A stretch of DNA of 64,000 nt from Takakia lepidozioides. Lineage: Eukaryota > Plantae > Bryophyta. The notes under the pieces were generated by a model. It was not told the DNA's origin, ran no database searches, and saw nothing but the letters and a program-made list of their open reading frames with translations. The stretch lies in the NCBI GenBank assembly GCA_030704615.1, contig CM060732.1, positions 26,536,001 through 26,600,000 on the forward strand, written 5' to 3'. The translations under genes were made by a program, and so were the position numbers. Below are positions 1 through 12,218 of this stretch, one piece after another (within the stretch, counting starts at the first letter, position 1; each line of letters begins with the position of its first letter).

Positions 1-200
1 AGCAATCCGGCGCTCTCGGAACTTCTCGTACTCAGTGAGAGGGACTGTCACTTCGAAGACCTTCCCCTTCACCATGGACACTCAGAAACGATACTTATAG
101 TATACTATAGATATAGAAATAGCACATTGGCAGCTGGTGCAAAACTAGAGACAATGCACTGTGCGTAGCATGCAAAGAGGGAAGGGGTGACGTTCAAAGC

Positions 201-400
201 ATGTACAGTGCAGGTGGCGAACGGATGCGTAGGCGTAGAATAGATGACCGTCTATGGCGAATGGAAGAAGCTTATGCCACAAGGAATGGGCATACAAAAA
301 TGCTATGCAACTGCGATGAGTGTCATGGAGGAAAAGTACTGTTGTTGGAAACAGTGAGGAATCATTACATGATACACGGGAGGGATCCTCTTCTCCAACG
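201..400 (+). pseudogene. CACTA/En-Spm transposase-associated domain (TAD) fragment
   Basis: ORF 201..521 contains MLCNCDECHGGKVLLLETVRNHYMIHGRDP, matching the CxC..C-x(n)-V..H...G pattern at the N-terminus of CACTA TnpD/TNP2 proteins. No element ends are visible in the window. Confidence 0.5.
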
Positions 401-704
401 CTGTTCTCTTCCAGTAAGATCGTCACTTTCCCTTCAGCACTTTAGTTTGAATTTTGAATGCAACGATCCTCTTCTCCACATGTCGACATTTCGTTGGGTG
501 ATTGTAGTCAAGAAGTCATAAGATACAGACGTGACTATGACTACGCCACTTCCGTTATCACTTTAATTAATGCACATGTCGTGTGAATCTCACAAAATCT
601 GCCGCCATCTCTAGGCTACGCGCATTGATACCTGAACGGCGATACCACCAACCGAGTTCCAGTGGAAAAAAACAAGTAACACCATCAACAAAGGTGAGCC
701 GAGA

Positions 705-875
705 CCAGTTGGCTAGGGTATCGGCCTCCCCGAAATCCTAATCATACCCTACAGGCCTACAGGTAGGTTACTCTACGCATTTCCTTTCTATCTGGAACCG
801 GCTGGTAGGGGCTTCCATACCCGGGTGCATAACCGGGTTGATACCCGTATTTTTGTACATACCAGACCAACACTG
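705..875. mobile_element. hAT-like MITE remnant (one recognisable end)
   Basis: Ends in ACCAACACTG at 875, the same terminus as the hAT MITE at 2372-3162, and has CCGG/ACCC subterminal repeats. No matching TSD found. Confidence 0.35.
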
Positions 876-960
876 GTACAGTCTGAGAGATATTGAGTTT
901 CAAGTATTTTGTCACTAGAAATTCATAAATAAATAGCAAAAGATCTTTTTTTTCAAAAAG

Positions 961-1100
961 AATATAAGAACCTAATGCACATTAGCAATCTTTGACAGGA
1001 TGGTACGTTTGTTCTGGCATGTCATCTTTCCCACCCTCTCTCTCGGGAAGTGAAGAAAATGTCATTCCAATTGGGGTGACATTGGCTAACCTAGATCTTG
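961..1100. mobile_element. Mutator-like MITE terminal fragment (family of 14970-15537)
   Basis: AAGAACCTAATGCAC...TTCCCACCCTCTCTC...TTGGGGTGACATTGG is shared with 14391-14530. Confidence 0.45.
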
Positions 1101-2371
1101 AAAAACTATATTTAATATTATTTTTAAAATAAAAACAATTCTAATTTAAAAAATACAATCATAGTGAATCAATTGACGACACTGTTGATGAAAAACATTT
1201 TGGATAGAGCTGACAAGCTGACATAATTAAGAGCTATAGTCTTAGTTGTCTAAAATATAGACAAGAGATAAAAATCTAACTTTAAGAGGTTTAACATTTC
1301 ATTTGCTATGACCATTACCATATTTATTTTTATATGTATGTACTATTGTAATATATTAGTAATCTGAAACTTGCTCATTGTAAAACCAAAGGGTTGAACT
1401 TGTGAGGTTTCGATAAATGGGTAAACCATTGATTTATGTTTCATGGTTATATTCTAATTAATATATGGAAGTGTTGTAACATCTACATTGGATGTGTGAA
1501 GAAACAAAAGAAAGGAATAAATAATATTAGAGCACATTCATAAAAGAAAAACTAAATACAATCTGTTTTTCCCCTTCCTGGGCAGCTTAAGAAATGACGA
1601 CGATGACGGTTTTTAAAAATCAGTTTTGTTTTTGTTTTTGTTTGTTTTTGTGGGGGGTTGGGGGGGGGGGGGGCAGTCTGGGCAGATTTACAAAAATAAT
1701 GATGATGACTTGGCGACCATGATCTTGCAGTACTATGACACACTATTTCTGCTCTACACTAAAACTAGTCTCCGACATCCAGTCTTCAGTAGAACTAGGG
1801 CTACGCATTGCTCTGCAGTACTAGAGTCTAGATTGGAGGGGGGTTCTTGAGGTGTGGGGAGGTCATTTTTACAAGCTATAGCCGAAGAGGGAGCTTGGGA
1901 AGAGACGGAGGCTCTAGTAGGGAGCGCAGAAGAGGCAGGATGTGGGAGGGCAAGAGGAGAGGGAGGGATCGATTAGTTGGTGGCAATTAGTTGGGCAGGC
2001 CACGCACTAGTGGCGATGGCAAGAGGCTCATCTGCATGGGATCTGGCTACGTTTCAGGTCCAGCTGTATACCTCTTTCGCTCTCTCTTGAAGTGTAGAGG
2101 TGGATTGGTCTTCATTATAACTTTCTTAGGAGTATCATGTGGCTGGTATACAAGCTAGTACCAACGAGTTTTATGCCCACCTGTATCTGGTCGTTTAGGG
2201 CTGGGCTCTAATTAATAATTTGAATAATATATTGTGCTTTGGATTGTAGAAACAAGAAGGAAAAAACTACCTAGACATCTCAGCAGCTTTAAATTTTTTT
2301 TTTTTGCATTATATCTTCATATTTAAATATATTTTGCAATACATTTTTACAAATACGAAGTAGGTTTAGAC

Positions 2372-3162
2372 CAATGTTAGGCGGGTATGACAATTTGGGG
2401 TAGGGAATCTTTGCTTAAAGCGGTATGGAGGCGGTTATATATAATGTAGGGGTTTGGAAATTGTGGCAGTTAGAGGTTATCAATAGAAGGGTCCCAAAAA
2501 CGAAAGTTCCCGGTTATCAACATGCCATTATCCAAGTTGAACACCACCAGGTCCCATACAACGGTTATCAATATAACCTGATTTTTTTAAAAAAAATGAA
2601 AGGGGATACTGGCCTTGACACTTTTATTGACCTGATTTTCAGTTGTGATATACTAAGATTTTAAGAGGACCAGAAGGGGAGAAAAAAAGCAAGGAAAAAA
2701 AATGAGATATGAAGAGTCACAATTAAGAGGACCAGAAAAGGGAAAAAAAGAAAAAGAAAATAGATAGGAGCAACTCCATAGTATGAGCTTTGAAGGTTTT
2801 GGGTTTTTCTTCCAAAAGCCTTTGACTAACAGTCATCCATAATGCGGATTCCATGCGGGTGCATAATTACTACCCATGAATGCAGCTCAGTTGTAATAAA
2901 ATCTCAAGTTCTTGTTCAAAAGTTGTTATGCTGATGTTCAAGGTTTAAGTCAGGTTCCATGTAGTAAGCCGAAGTTGCCCCCCCCCCTTCCAGCTTGGGC
3001 CTAGTAAGTGGCGAGATTGCATTCGTCGGTTCCAACTCAAGTCGGGTCCACCAAAAATTTGGGGTGGCGGGTCTCAACAGTTTGATACCCTAATTATTAC
3101 ATGGCAAACTTTGGGCCACCCTAGCCCAATGAGTGCTCTACATATATACCCACCCAACACTG
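2372..3162. mobile_element. Non-autonomous hAT element (MITE)
   Basis: TIRs CAATGTTAGGCGGGTAT / ATACCCACCCAACACTG, flanked by a perfect 8-bp TSD GTTTAGAC (2364-2371 and 3163-3170). Confidence 0.85.
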
Positions 3163-3496
3163 GTTTAGACCAATCTCCATCATCATGGCTTTTTAAACAC
3201 TCATAAGATAGTTTGACTTTCCACGAAAAAAATGACCCCCCGCCACAAAATCCATTATAACTTTTTATTTTTTATAATAGTGAAAGATTGACCGGACAAA
3301 CTGTCCCCACCTACCCCTGCACCTGCATGCCAAATTGGGGCAATCGAGCCAGATCTTTCGAAACCCTAGAGTTGCTGGTGGCCCGGTGGGGTCCAATTTT
3401 TGGACATGTGTAAGTGTATACCAGCTTGGTCAATGGGTACATCCTCCACTTGGAATCATGAGATCCAACTTAGGGTCGGATGCCACGATCCCACCT

Positions 3497-3864
3497 TGTA
3501 ACACCCATGATCTACACAAACTAGAATAGAAGTACTTCTCAACTTTTTTCCCAAAACAACTCGATGCCTTCTAGGCTTTCATTGCATGTTTATATACCAT
3601 TCATAATATGATTATTTTGACTTTAGAGCCTCAAGTCAAAACTTCATAAAGTCAACTTTCATAGGTTTGACATATTCTCCACAATATGACTTTATCAAAC
3701 ATTTGACCTACTCTCCATAATATAAATATCTTATAGATTTGACTTGAGAGCCTCAAGTCAAACTTCCTTAAGTCAAACTTCCTAGGAACCTTCCTAATTA
3801 TTTTGAAAACTTCTAGGGAACTTTCTTCCTCCATCTAGAATCTTCTAGATTCTACCCTGTTACA
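3497..3864 (-). repeat. 3' LTR of chromovirus
   Basis: TGTAACACCC...TGTTACA; direct repeat of 9016-9377; adjacent PPT (minus strand CAAGAGGGGAGGAT, 3865-3878). Confidence 0.95.
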
Positions 3865-3879
3865 ATCCTCCCCTCTTGC

Positions 3880-6800
3880 AAGAAGCAATGTCCTCGTTGT
3901 TCGAATTTTCAAAAGCTTGAATTGTCAATTGAGCATTTGCGAGATTTTGCACCGGTTCCCAGGTAGCTTCATATAATGGAAATCATTTCCATAAAACCAA
4001 ATACTCCAACACCTCATGTCGCCCTCGTTTGTATATGCGTTTTTTCAGAACACGGTCGACCTCCCACTCTTCATTTCCGTCAATCAACTCTGGTAAAGGT
4101 TGTGGTTCTTGATTATCTTTGAATATTGATGGTCGAGGTTCGTAATGACGTAGTAGAGAAACGTGAAACACCGGGTGGATCTTCATATGTGGTGGTAACT
4201 CCAGCTTGTATGCTACTGTTCCAATACGTTTAATGATCGAAAAATAACCAATGAACCGTGCCACCAGTTTTCCCGATCCAATGATGTGTAAGTTGGTTGT
4301 AGACAACTACACTTGATCCCCAACTGCAAACTCCTCATCCCGTCGACGTGCATTTGCATACTGCTTTTGGCGATTTTGGGCAACCATCAGCTTCTCTTTA
4401 GCTTGACGTTCTCCCCGTCGAATTTGTTGCACAAATGCGTTAGTCGTGGCTACCTTGGATAACTCCTCATTTGATAACTTGAACTTTGTAAGAGTTGTCG
4501 GCACATTTGGGTGTTCGTCATACATTAAAAGAAATGAGTTTCTTTCGTTGACGCGTTGACCGAGTTATTGTATGAAAATTCTACCAATGATAATAACCAA
4601 TCTCACTCTTCTTGTTCTTCTAACGTAAAGGCCCGCAACATGTCTTCAATTGTACGATTCGTTCGCTCTGTCTGTCCATCTGACTCCGGATGATAGGCTG
4701 TTGACACAGTTAATTTGGTTTTAAAAAGACCAAATACGTTTTTCCAAAACAAGCTAGTAAATTGGGTACCCCTGTCAGTAATGAGAACTTTAGGTAGCCC
4801 ATGATGGGTATAGACCGCTTCCAGATATAGTCGAACTAGTTCGGGTGCAGTGACGGATTTTCTAGTGGGACGGATGTGTATCATCTTACTCAATTTGTCT
4901 ACAAAGATCACTATAGTGTCGTATCCCGATGAGGTTTGAGGTAACTTACAAACTAAATCCATGCTCATATGTTCCCAACGTCTGTTTGGTACTGGTAGTG
5001 GTTGTAAAAGACCTGCTGGCTCGCAGTTTGTTGACTTGTTTTGTTGACATTTCATGCAACTTCGAACGTACGCCTCCACCTTGTCTCGCATCCGCGGCCA
5101 ATAAAATGTTCGTTTTAGTTGTTCGAATGTTTTTCAACTCCAACATGTCCTACTATCGCCGTATCATGAGCTTCAAACAAGACTTCTGTCTTCAATGCAG
5201 ATTCATCAGGGATCCAAAGTTTATCTTCCTTGAATACCAACCCTCGAACTTCTGTCACTTTACCCTTCTTCTTACCGTCCACGATCTCCCCATCATCTTT
5301 AGAAGCCGTCGCTATCTTGTTCCACCAATCGGGTTGAATATTGATTTCTGTCAATGTGTTCATGCACGACATCATTGTCATTGCATCCGCCAATTGTCGT
5401 TTTCCCTCCACATAGACAATCTTTATATTATATTGTTGTCGCCATTCCGCCCAACGAATCTGTCTCTTCGATAGATCTTTTTGTGTCTCCAAGTACACCA
5501 ACGGTTTATGGTCCGTCTCCACTATGAACTCTTTGTCTCCAAGATAATGTTTCCAATGTTTTGTACCCAAAACAATAGCCAATTTTTCTCATTCGGTTGT
5601 ATGATAATTTTATTCCGCAAGTAACAATTTGCGAGAAAAATATGCCACTGGGTGTCATCCGTCTTCCCATTCTTGTTGTAACATCCCACCCACTGCTGAG
5701 CCTGACGCATCTACCGAGAGCTTGATTAATCTTGTCGGATCATACTATTTCAAGATCGGGGCATGAAGCAACGCATCTTTCAAGGCCTGAAATGCTAACT
5801 CCTTTTCTGTACCCCACTTCCATATAATTCCTTAGCCCAAAAGATTTGTCAATGGTTGGGCAATCTTTGAGAATGTCCGTACAAATCGTCTGTAGAATTC
5901 GGTAAGGCCAAGAAAACTCCTTAATTGGGTAATGTTTTCAGGGGCTATCCACTGTTGAATAACTTCTATTTTTTCACTCATTACCTCAATTTCCTTCCTA
6001 CTCATGCGATGCACAAGATAATCTACTTCTTGTTTTCCAAACTCACATTTAGATGCTTTGACATATAGCTGATTCTCACGGAGAACTTGTAAAACTTGTT
6101 TGAGGTCGTTTCTATGCTCGACAAGGCTGTTACTGTAGATCAAAATAACATCTAAAAAGACTATCAAAAATCTATCTAAAAATGGGTGGAAGATATCATT
6201 CATGAGGCCGAGGCATTGGTGAGACCAAATGACATAATCATGTATTCAAAATGTCCATACCTAGTGCGAAAAGCGGTCTTATATACAACTTCATCAGCGA
6301 CTCGAATTTGGTTGTATCCACTCCTCAAATCAAGTTTCGTAAAGTATTTTGCTCCTCGCAATTGGTCAAATAGATCGTCCATGCGTGGTAACGGATACTT
6401 GTTCTTCACTGTCTGCTGGTTGAGTGTTCGATAATCAATGTACATACGCATTGCTCCATCTTTTTTCTTCACAAACAACACCAGCGCTCCATACGGGGAT
6501 ACACTTGGTCTTATAAAGCCCTTTGATAGTAGGTCATCGACTTAAGCCTTACATTCTTCCAACTCGTTTGGTGCTAATCGATAAGGGACTTTACAAGAAT
6601 GAGTACTACTTGGAACAACCTCAATTTTATGATCTACTCTTCTCTTTGGCGGAAGCCATGCTGGTAGGTCATCTAGAAAAACATCTTTGAGCTCTTTCAA
6701 TACACTCTGTAATTGTATAGGGACCTCACTCATGTCTTTTTTTGGATTTTCCACGTCTCTTATTAAACCTACAAATAATACGTCTTTCTTACATATAGTT

Positions 6801-8384
6801 GTAGTACCTATAACAAATGATGGTAGGTTTCGATATGATGTCCTCACTCGATCTCCCCATATTTTCCAATTCTGGGTTTTGACTATCTGTCGACGCCAAT
6901 CAACATCGGGGTGTTAGATTCCATCCAAGACATGCCTAATATTACGTCATATCGAGTCAGTCTGACCACTCGCTATTATAAGGTTTTTCTATATTTACTG
7001 ATCGACAACTCTATGCTTTTATGTAGTGTCTCAATGGCCTCTATATGTCCATTTGGCATTTCTACTTCCTCTCTTTCATCATTTTCTAAGGGGAGTCCTA
7101 GTTTCAAGGCAGCCTTTGTAGATAAGAAGTTTTCTGTTGCCCCATGGTCTATCAACACTCTCACATGAATACCTTCCAAGGTTCCATCTGCCACAATTAA
7201 TTGCGTCTCTTTCTTGCCCGCATGATTGATTTGTCTCTTCTCTTTGTAGGGCCATTCGCCTTTCTTCTTTTTTGTAGAACCAGTAAGACCGCGAGGCCTA
7301 TTTACTGGTTGTCCTCGTTTCTTGCTCATTGTGATGTTCGTTATCTTCTCCTCTCCTTAAACTGTTAAGAAGTCTTCGATAAGTTTGTCGATTATACCTT
7401 CCACTTCGGCAGTTGGCCGCAAGATGTCCATATTTTCCACAGTTGTAACATTGTCTAGTTTCCCTTTGTCATTCTTCTCGTGAGAATGTTAAGGAGGTCA
7501 TATCCTTGTCATTCAATTTCATTCGCCGTTGTGATATCTTCCCCATATCTAATTCCCGGCCTATTTCTTTGAGAGTATTGGAAGTTATCCCGCCTTCGAA
7601 GATTTCCAAGCTCCATAGGCATTGGTTTGTACTTGTTCAATGGAACGTGTATACCTTCGTCGTATCTTAGTAGCGTCCCTTCAATATTTTGGGCCAATGA
7701 AATTGCTTCGTGGACATCAACTGGGTTGCGTAAAATTACGTCTCCTTGAATTTTCTTCTTCAATCATCTTTTGAAGTTGTCTAAAGCTTCTGCAGGACTC
7801 ATGTCTTCGATTTGAACCTGAAGATTAAAAAAAATTTCAATGTAATTTTGCACACTCCCGCGTTGTTCCAAATTCCATAATTTCATTCGAGCAGTTGTAA
7901 CAGCATCTACTGCCTTGAATTGTTGGAGCAGTCCCGCTTTCAAGGTGCTCCATAGTAAGGTTCTCCTTTTGCAATCTGTCTTCTCTTCCATGTCTGTAAC
8001 CATGTTGAAGCATTGTTGAGTAGAAAAGATCGTATGAACATTCCGTGGTCCAAATCGCTTGTTGTAGGGAAATATGACAGATGTACCTCCATTCAATAAA
8101 TCCATCATTCTAGCACTCCCATGGCGCGACTTCCTTTATACGTCTCGACCTTGCACGTCTTGGTCATCTTTTGCAGTAACGTATCCGACCCACCAGCAAC
8201 CAGTCCCGGGGCGGTTGATTGTCTGTCTCATTTGTTTAAGCTCATCCATCAACACGTTGTTTTGTTGTTGGGTCATGACAAAAACATTCTGCAATTCGTG
8301 GAAGCGCTTCATTATCCACACCGTCTGATCATTGGCTTGATGAGTAGTGTGTGCGTTGTCCACAATTTCTTCATTGTCCGCCAT
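3880..8384 (-). pseudogene. gag-pol polyprotein, disrupted by many stops and frameshifts
   Basis: ORF fragments at 8136-8384, 7764-8108 and 7509-7763 (gag), 6976-7329 (protease), 6200-6481 and 5832-6203 (RT; YxDD degraded to FLDV), 5115-5582 (RNase H/zinc-binding), 4603-5091 (integrase core), 3983-4306 (GPY/F plus chromodomain EWEVDRVLKKR...EYLVLWK*FPLYEATWEP). Confidence 0.95.
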
Positions 8385-9002
8385 CTTGCTCCACTACTCC
8401 TTCCTTCGTGATGTTTGTCTTATCTCTATTCTCTTATCCTAATACAGTATGTAAATAGTGCAATCCCAAACCATCTCGTATGTGACTATTGGAATACAAA
8501 ATAGACGTTTGAACTCATGACAAGGTTCATGAATTCTACTTCAAATTCTGCAACTAAAAATCTTACAAGATGATGTTTGTCGTTGGCGCCCACATTAATA
8601 GTAAATATATTTGGCGGTAAAAAATTAGGCAGAAAATATTTACCTCGATCTATGAACTATATATATACACATACGTATACCTTCCAATTTCTAATTATAG
8701 GAAAGACGACAAGTCGTGGGTTTTGTAACACTTCTTGATATTGTTCCTCTCCAAATCTCTGTACTATCATATCTCTAATTTCTGCCTTACGACAACATAT
8801 AATTTTAAACTTACACTCTGAAGGAAAATCACGGAAAGGAAGTTGATTTAAGTCCATAAAATTTTATACTATCGTTATGACGCACCATCATTACTATCTA
8901 TTCAACACTTAAAAATATTAACAACAAAAATTTCTTTAAAAAAAACATCTTAATCGAATCCTCCTAAAAAGGGTATTCACTCCCAACTTTAAGAAAGACT
9001 AG

Positions 9003-9014
9003 GCTCTGATACCA
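9003..9014 (-). promoter_or_regulatory. Primer-binding site complementary to tRNA-iMet
   Basis: Minus strand TGGTATCAGAGC directly after the 5' LTR. Confidence 0.92.
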
Positions 9015-9015
9015 T

Positions 9016-9377
9016 TGTAACACCCAGGATCTACACAAACTAGAATAGAAGTACTTCTCAACTTTTTCCCAAAATAACTCGATGTCTTCTAGGTTTTCAT
9101 TGCATATTTATATACCCTTTACAATTTGATTATTTTAAAGGTTTGACTTTAGAGCCTCAAGTCAAAACTTCATAAAGTCAACCTTTATAGGTTTGACATA
9201 TTCTCCACAATATGACTTTATCAAACATTTGACCTACTCTCCATAATATAAATATCTTATAGGTTTGACTTGAGAGCCTAAAGTCAAACTTCCTTAAGGA
9301 ACCTTCCTAGTTATTTTGGAAACTTCTAGGGAACTTTCCTCCTCCATCTAGAACCTTCTAGATTCTACCATGTTACA
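9016..9377 (-). repeat. 5' LTR of chromovirus
   Basis: Direct repeat of 3497-3864, with roughly 18 substitutions and a few indels counted by eye. Confidence 0.95.
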
Positions 9378-10224
9378 CACCTCCTCTTTAATCCAGAAAT
9401 TGTTAATTATGGTTTAAATGAAGATTAGGTTGGTATCAGGAGATCAGTTATGCAAGGGGCATTTGTACAAAATCCTGGAGCAGTGCACTTCTCTTTTAGG
9501 AGCCTTAGGAGGCGCTTGTTTTCTTACCATCACAATGTCGTTGTCTAATTGGGTTTAGTGTAATATTGGAGTAACTTCTTTCTGGCTGTTTGCTGCTGCA
9601 GAGAGACAACTGCTACTATGAAAGAGGGGGGACCCTCCACACATTTTCCTACACTCATTGTTATGTTATGTGTATGTGTCAATACACTCACTTGTCTTTG
9701 TGTCAGTGCTTACATGCTTAGGTTTGCTTTGAAGAGGCTGTACTAGTGGTGTATAACTGCTAGAGAGTTGCTTGGATTAGTTGGTTACGAGTCGCTTGGA
9801 TAGATGTCTCCCTTTCGTTTTGTTTATAGTCTTGGCCTTTGGGGCTGGTACAAACAACTGGTTAGTTGTCTCAATGTTTCTATGTTTTGCTCATTACTTT
9901 GTGTGTAGGTTAAATGTTGGCTTGTCATTTTCATTTTGGTACAAGGTGCCTACTGTCGGTGTAATAGTTGCATTGCTACTATAAGAGCTGATTGTTGGTT
10001 TTGGGCTTACTTGGGCTGTAGCAGCAATACTGTTTGTGGTTGTAGGGAGTGCTGATACAGCAGCTTTGTATTGTGGTAAGAATTGACTGCAGGTTTTGGC
10101 AAATGTCAGGCTGAGTCAACACGCGCTTTTGTGCCTATAGGGAGTGCTGCAGCTGTCGCGGACATAGCCGAGAAGAACTCACCAAAAAAATTACCAAAAG
10201 TTACCAAGTTACTGGGAATACCAA

Positions 10225-12218
10225 TTTAAAACAGGGATGGTAAGGAAATTATCCATACTTACAATGTGTCTCTTACCTCAAAAGCCAGAAAAAGAAGACT
10301 AACTAGAGAGTAACCCTGCCAATGGGTCAAGTCCACCGTGTCGTCCTTCCCCAAATACACTTCCATCTGAACATACCTTAACTTGACATTGGCCAAACAC
10401 CATATCTTAATCTCCACCATTTCAAAGGTTTCTTGGCCATATATTGCTGGATTTTGTTGTATTTCCCTTTATACTTCACCATCATTTCATCCACGCTCAA
10501 ATCTTGTTCAGGTGGGTAGAATTTGGCATACAACAATACCTAACAATCTATCAACCAACGTGTCTTAGCCAGTTTGTCAAAGCCAGGTTGTCCACTCACG
10601 TCCACCACAACAGTGTCATTGTCAACAAGGTAGAGGCATCGCAAGATTGCTTTCCACCTGTTGCGGCTCATGATACGCACTGTAGAAGGACACTTGAAGA
10701 GTTTGAACTCTCATTTCTAGTACAGCCTTCTATTAGTTGGGAGTTTTTTCCAAATCCATTAGGATATGGACCGTCAACCATGCCCTCAATTCCTTCACCA
10801 CCAAAAGGTACCAGCTACTCCCACTCTTCCCATGGAATTCAAAGTCAGGGCATAGATGTTTGTCATCCTACAAATTTTGCGCATGACAAGCATCGGCCAA
10901 AACACATTGAAGAAGTCCATAGGCTTATTCTCCTCCAGTCCACACTACCGCAGACACTTCATGCAGCTCTGCCAAATTTCACATGTCGTCTTTGAACAAG
11001 TCATGTGTTGGACAACTATCCCAGTCTTTAGGAAGGGAGTACAAGCCCAATTCGCGAGTGGGCAAGCCAGTGTCAACACAAAATTCATACAGGTCGTGAT
11101 CATCGGTAGCATGAGGGTTGGTTCTAGCTTCCTGATCATGTGGATCAAAGTCGGTATCCGAGGCATTGGAGTCAGAGTGTTCATCACAATCAGAGTCTGA
11201 ATTGTCATCCAAAGTATCTACCCCTAACATATCTTCCACAGAGCACGGAAATTCGCCTTGTATGGCTAAGACATGATTGCACACCTTAGAGCTTACAGAT
11301 TCTACGGTACCATCCCTGAAAAAGGATATGAGGTAGCATTGATCACTTTCCAGCAGAATGTCCCAAGTTCGTTCAATGATTGTGCCATATTTCCACACAC
11401 GGGCGTTGGAGGAGGAGGCTGGTGAAGGATTTGACAAATCACAAATATTCACCCTCACAGTCTGTCCCAGAACCCCCAAATCTTGCATGTTTTGGCTATG
11501 ACCAGCCACATCGCAATCCTGCACTTGAGAATTTCACAGGCAATACAATGCAGACATAAATGAAGCATAGTTAGTACCAAAATCTAGAGGTGGTGGATCA
11601 GCATCATTACCTTGGCTCCTTGCTAGAGCTTTCAAGCTCATTGAGGCTAGTAGCAGAAGATACACAGAACTCAAGCCAAATGGGATCCCTCAACACATCA
11701 TTCACTGCAACCGAAAACCAGTAGGGTATATTCCTTCTTCTTTTCGCTCCACCCAGCCGAGCAGTTCTGCTGCTTGGCGACGCCACAAATAGCAAAAGTT
11801 GCTCGGCTGGCCAAACAACTCAAGCATGACGTTTTAGTGAGAGCAGGTACTCCTCATACAATGCCCCTATGAGTTGAACAACTTGCTCCTCTGAAGCACC
11901 CAAATTTTTCGCCCACTTGGTGATGACATCCAGCAACGGCTCCATGCTCCCTCCTGCTTGGCGTGAACGAGGCGTGAGCGAGACAGAAAACACGAGAAGG
12001 AAAAGAGAAAGGTGGGAGCAAGTGGCTGCCCGACCCGCTGCCACAAAAACCCTAAATTCTCTGCCCTAAAAAATCCCTAGGCCAATCATTTTGCATGCGC
12101 ATGCCTAACGCGTGGGGCCTTCTCACCAAAAATTTCCAAAATCGGTTCACAACTGACAGAGTTACAGCCTGTAGAAAATCTGAAACGGCCCGTTTCGGGC
12201 CTCGCGGACATTTAGGGG
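10225..12218 (-). mobile_element. piggyBac-superfamily transposon, copy 1 (5' end intact, 3' truncated, transposase pseudogenised)
   Basis: Minus-strand translation of 10740-10230 gives IMSRNRWKAILRCLYLVDND...FDKLAKTRWLID...FYPPEQDLSVDEMMVKYKGK...QQYMAKKPLKW(fs)IKIWCLA...MEVYLGK...GKRHIVSMDNFLT. These are the conserved piggyBac blocks, including the first two catalytic Asp. Terminus on the minus strand: TTAA (12219-12222) followed by CCCCTAAATGTCCGCGAGGCCCGAAACGGGCC. Confidence 0.9.

Larger units (their letters stand above)
3497..9377 (-). mobile_element. Full-length, decayed Ty3/gypsy chromovirus LTR retrotransposon
   Basis: Two TG...CA LTRs, 5-bp TSD CACCT (3492-3496, 9378-9382), tRNA-iMet PBS and a PPT. 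Domain order is gag (CCHC knuckle CYNCGKYGHLAANC), protease (LIDHGAT), RT, RNase H, integrase, chromodomain. Confidence 0.97.
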
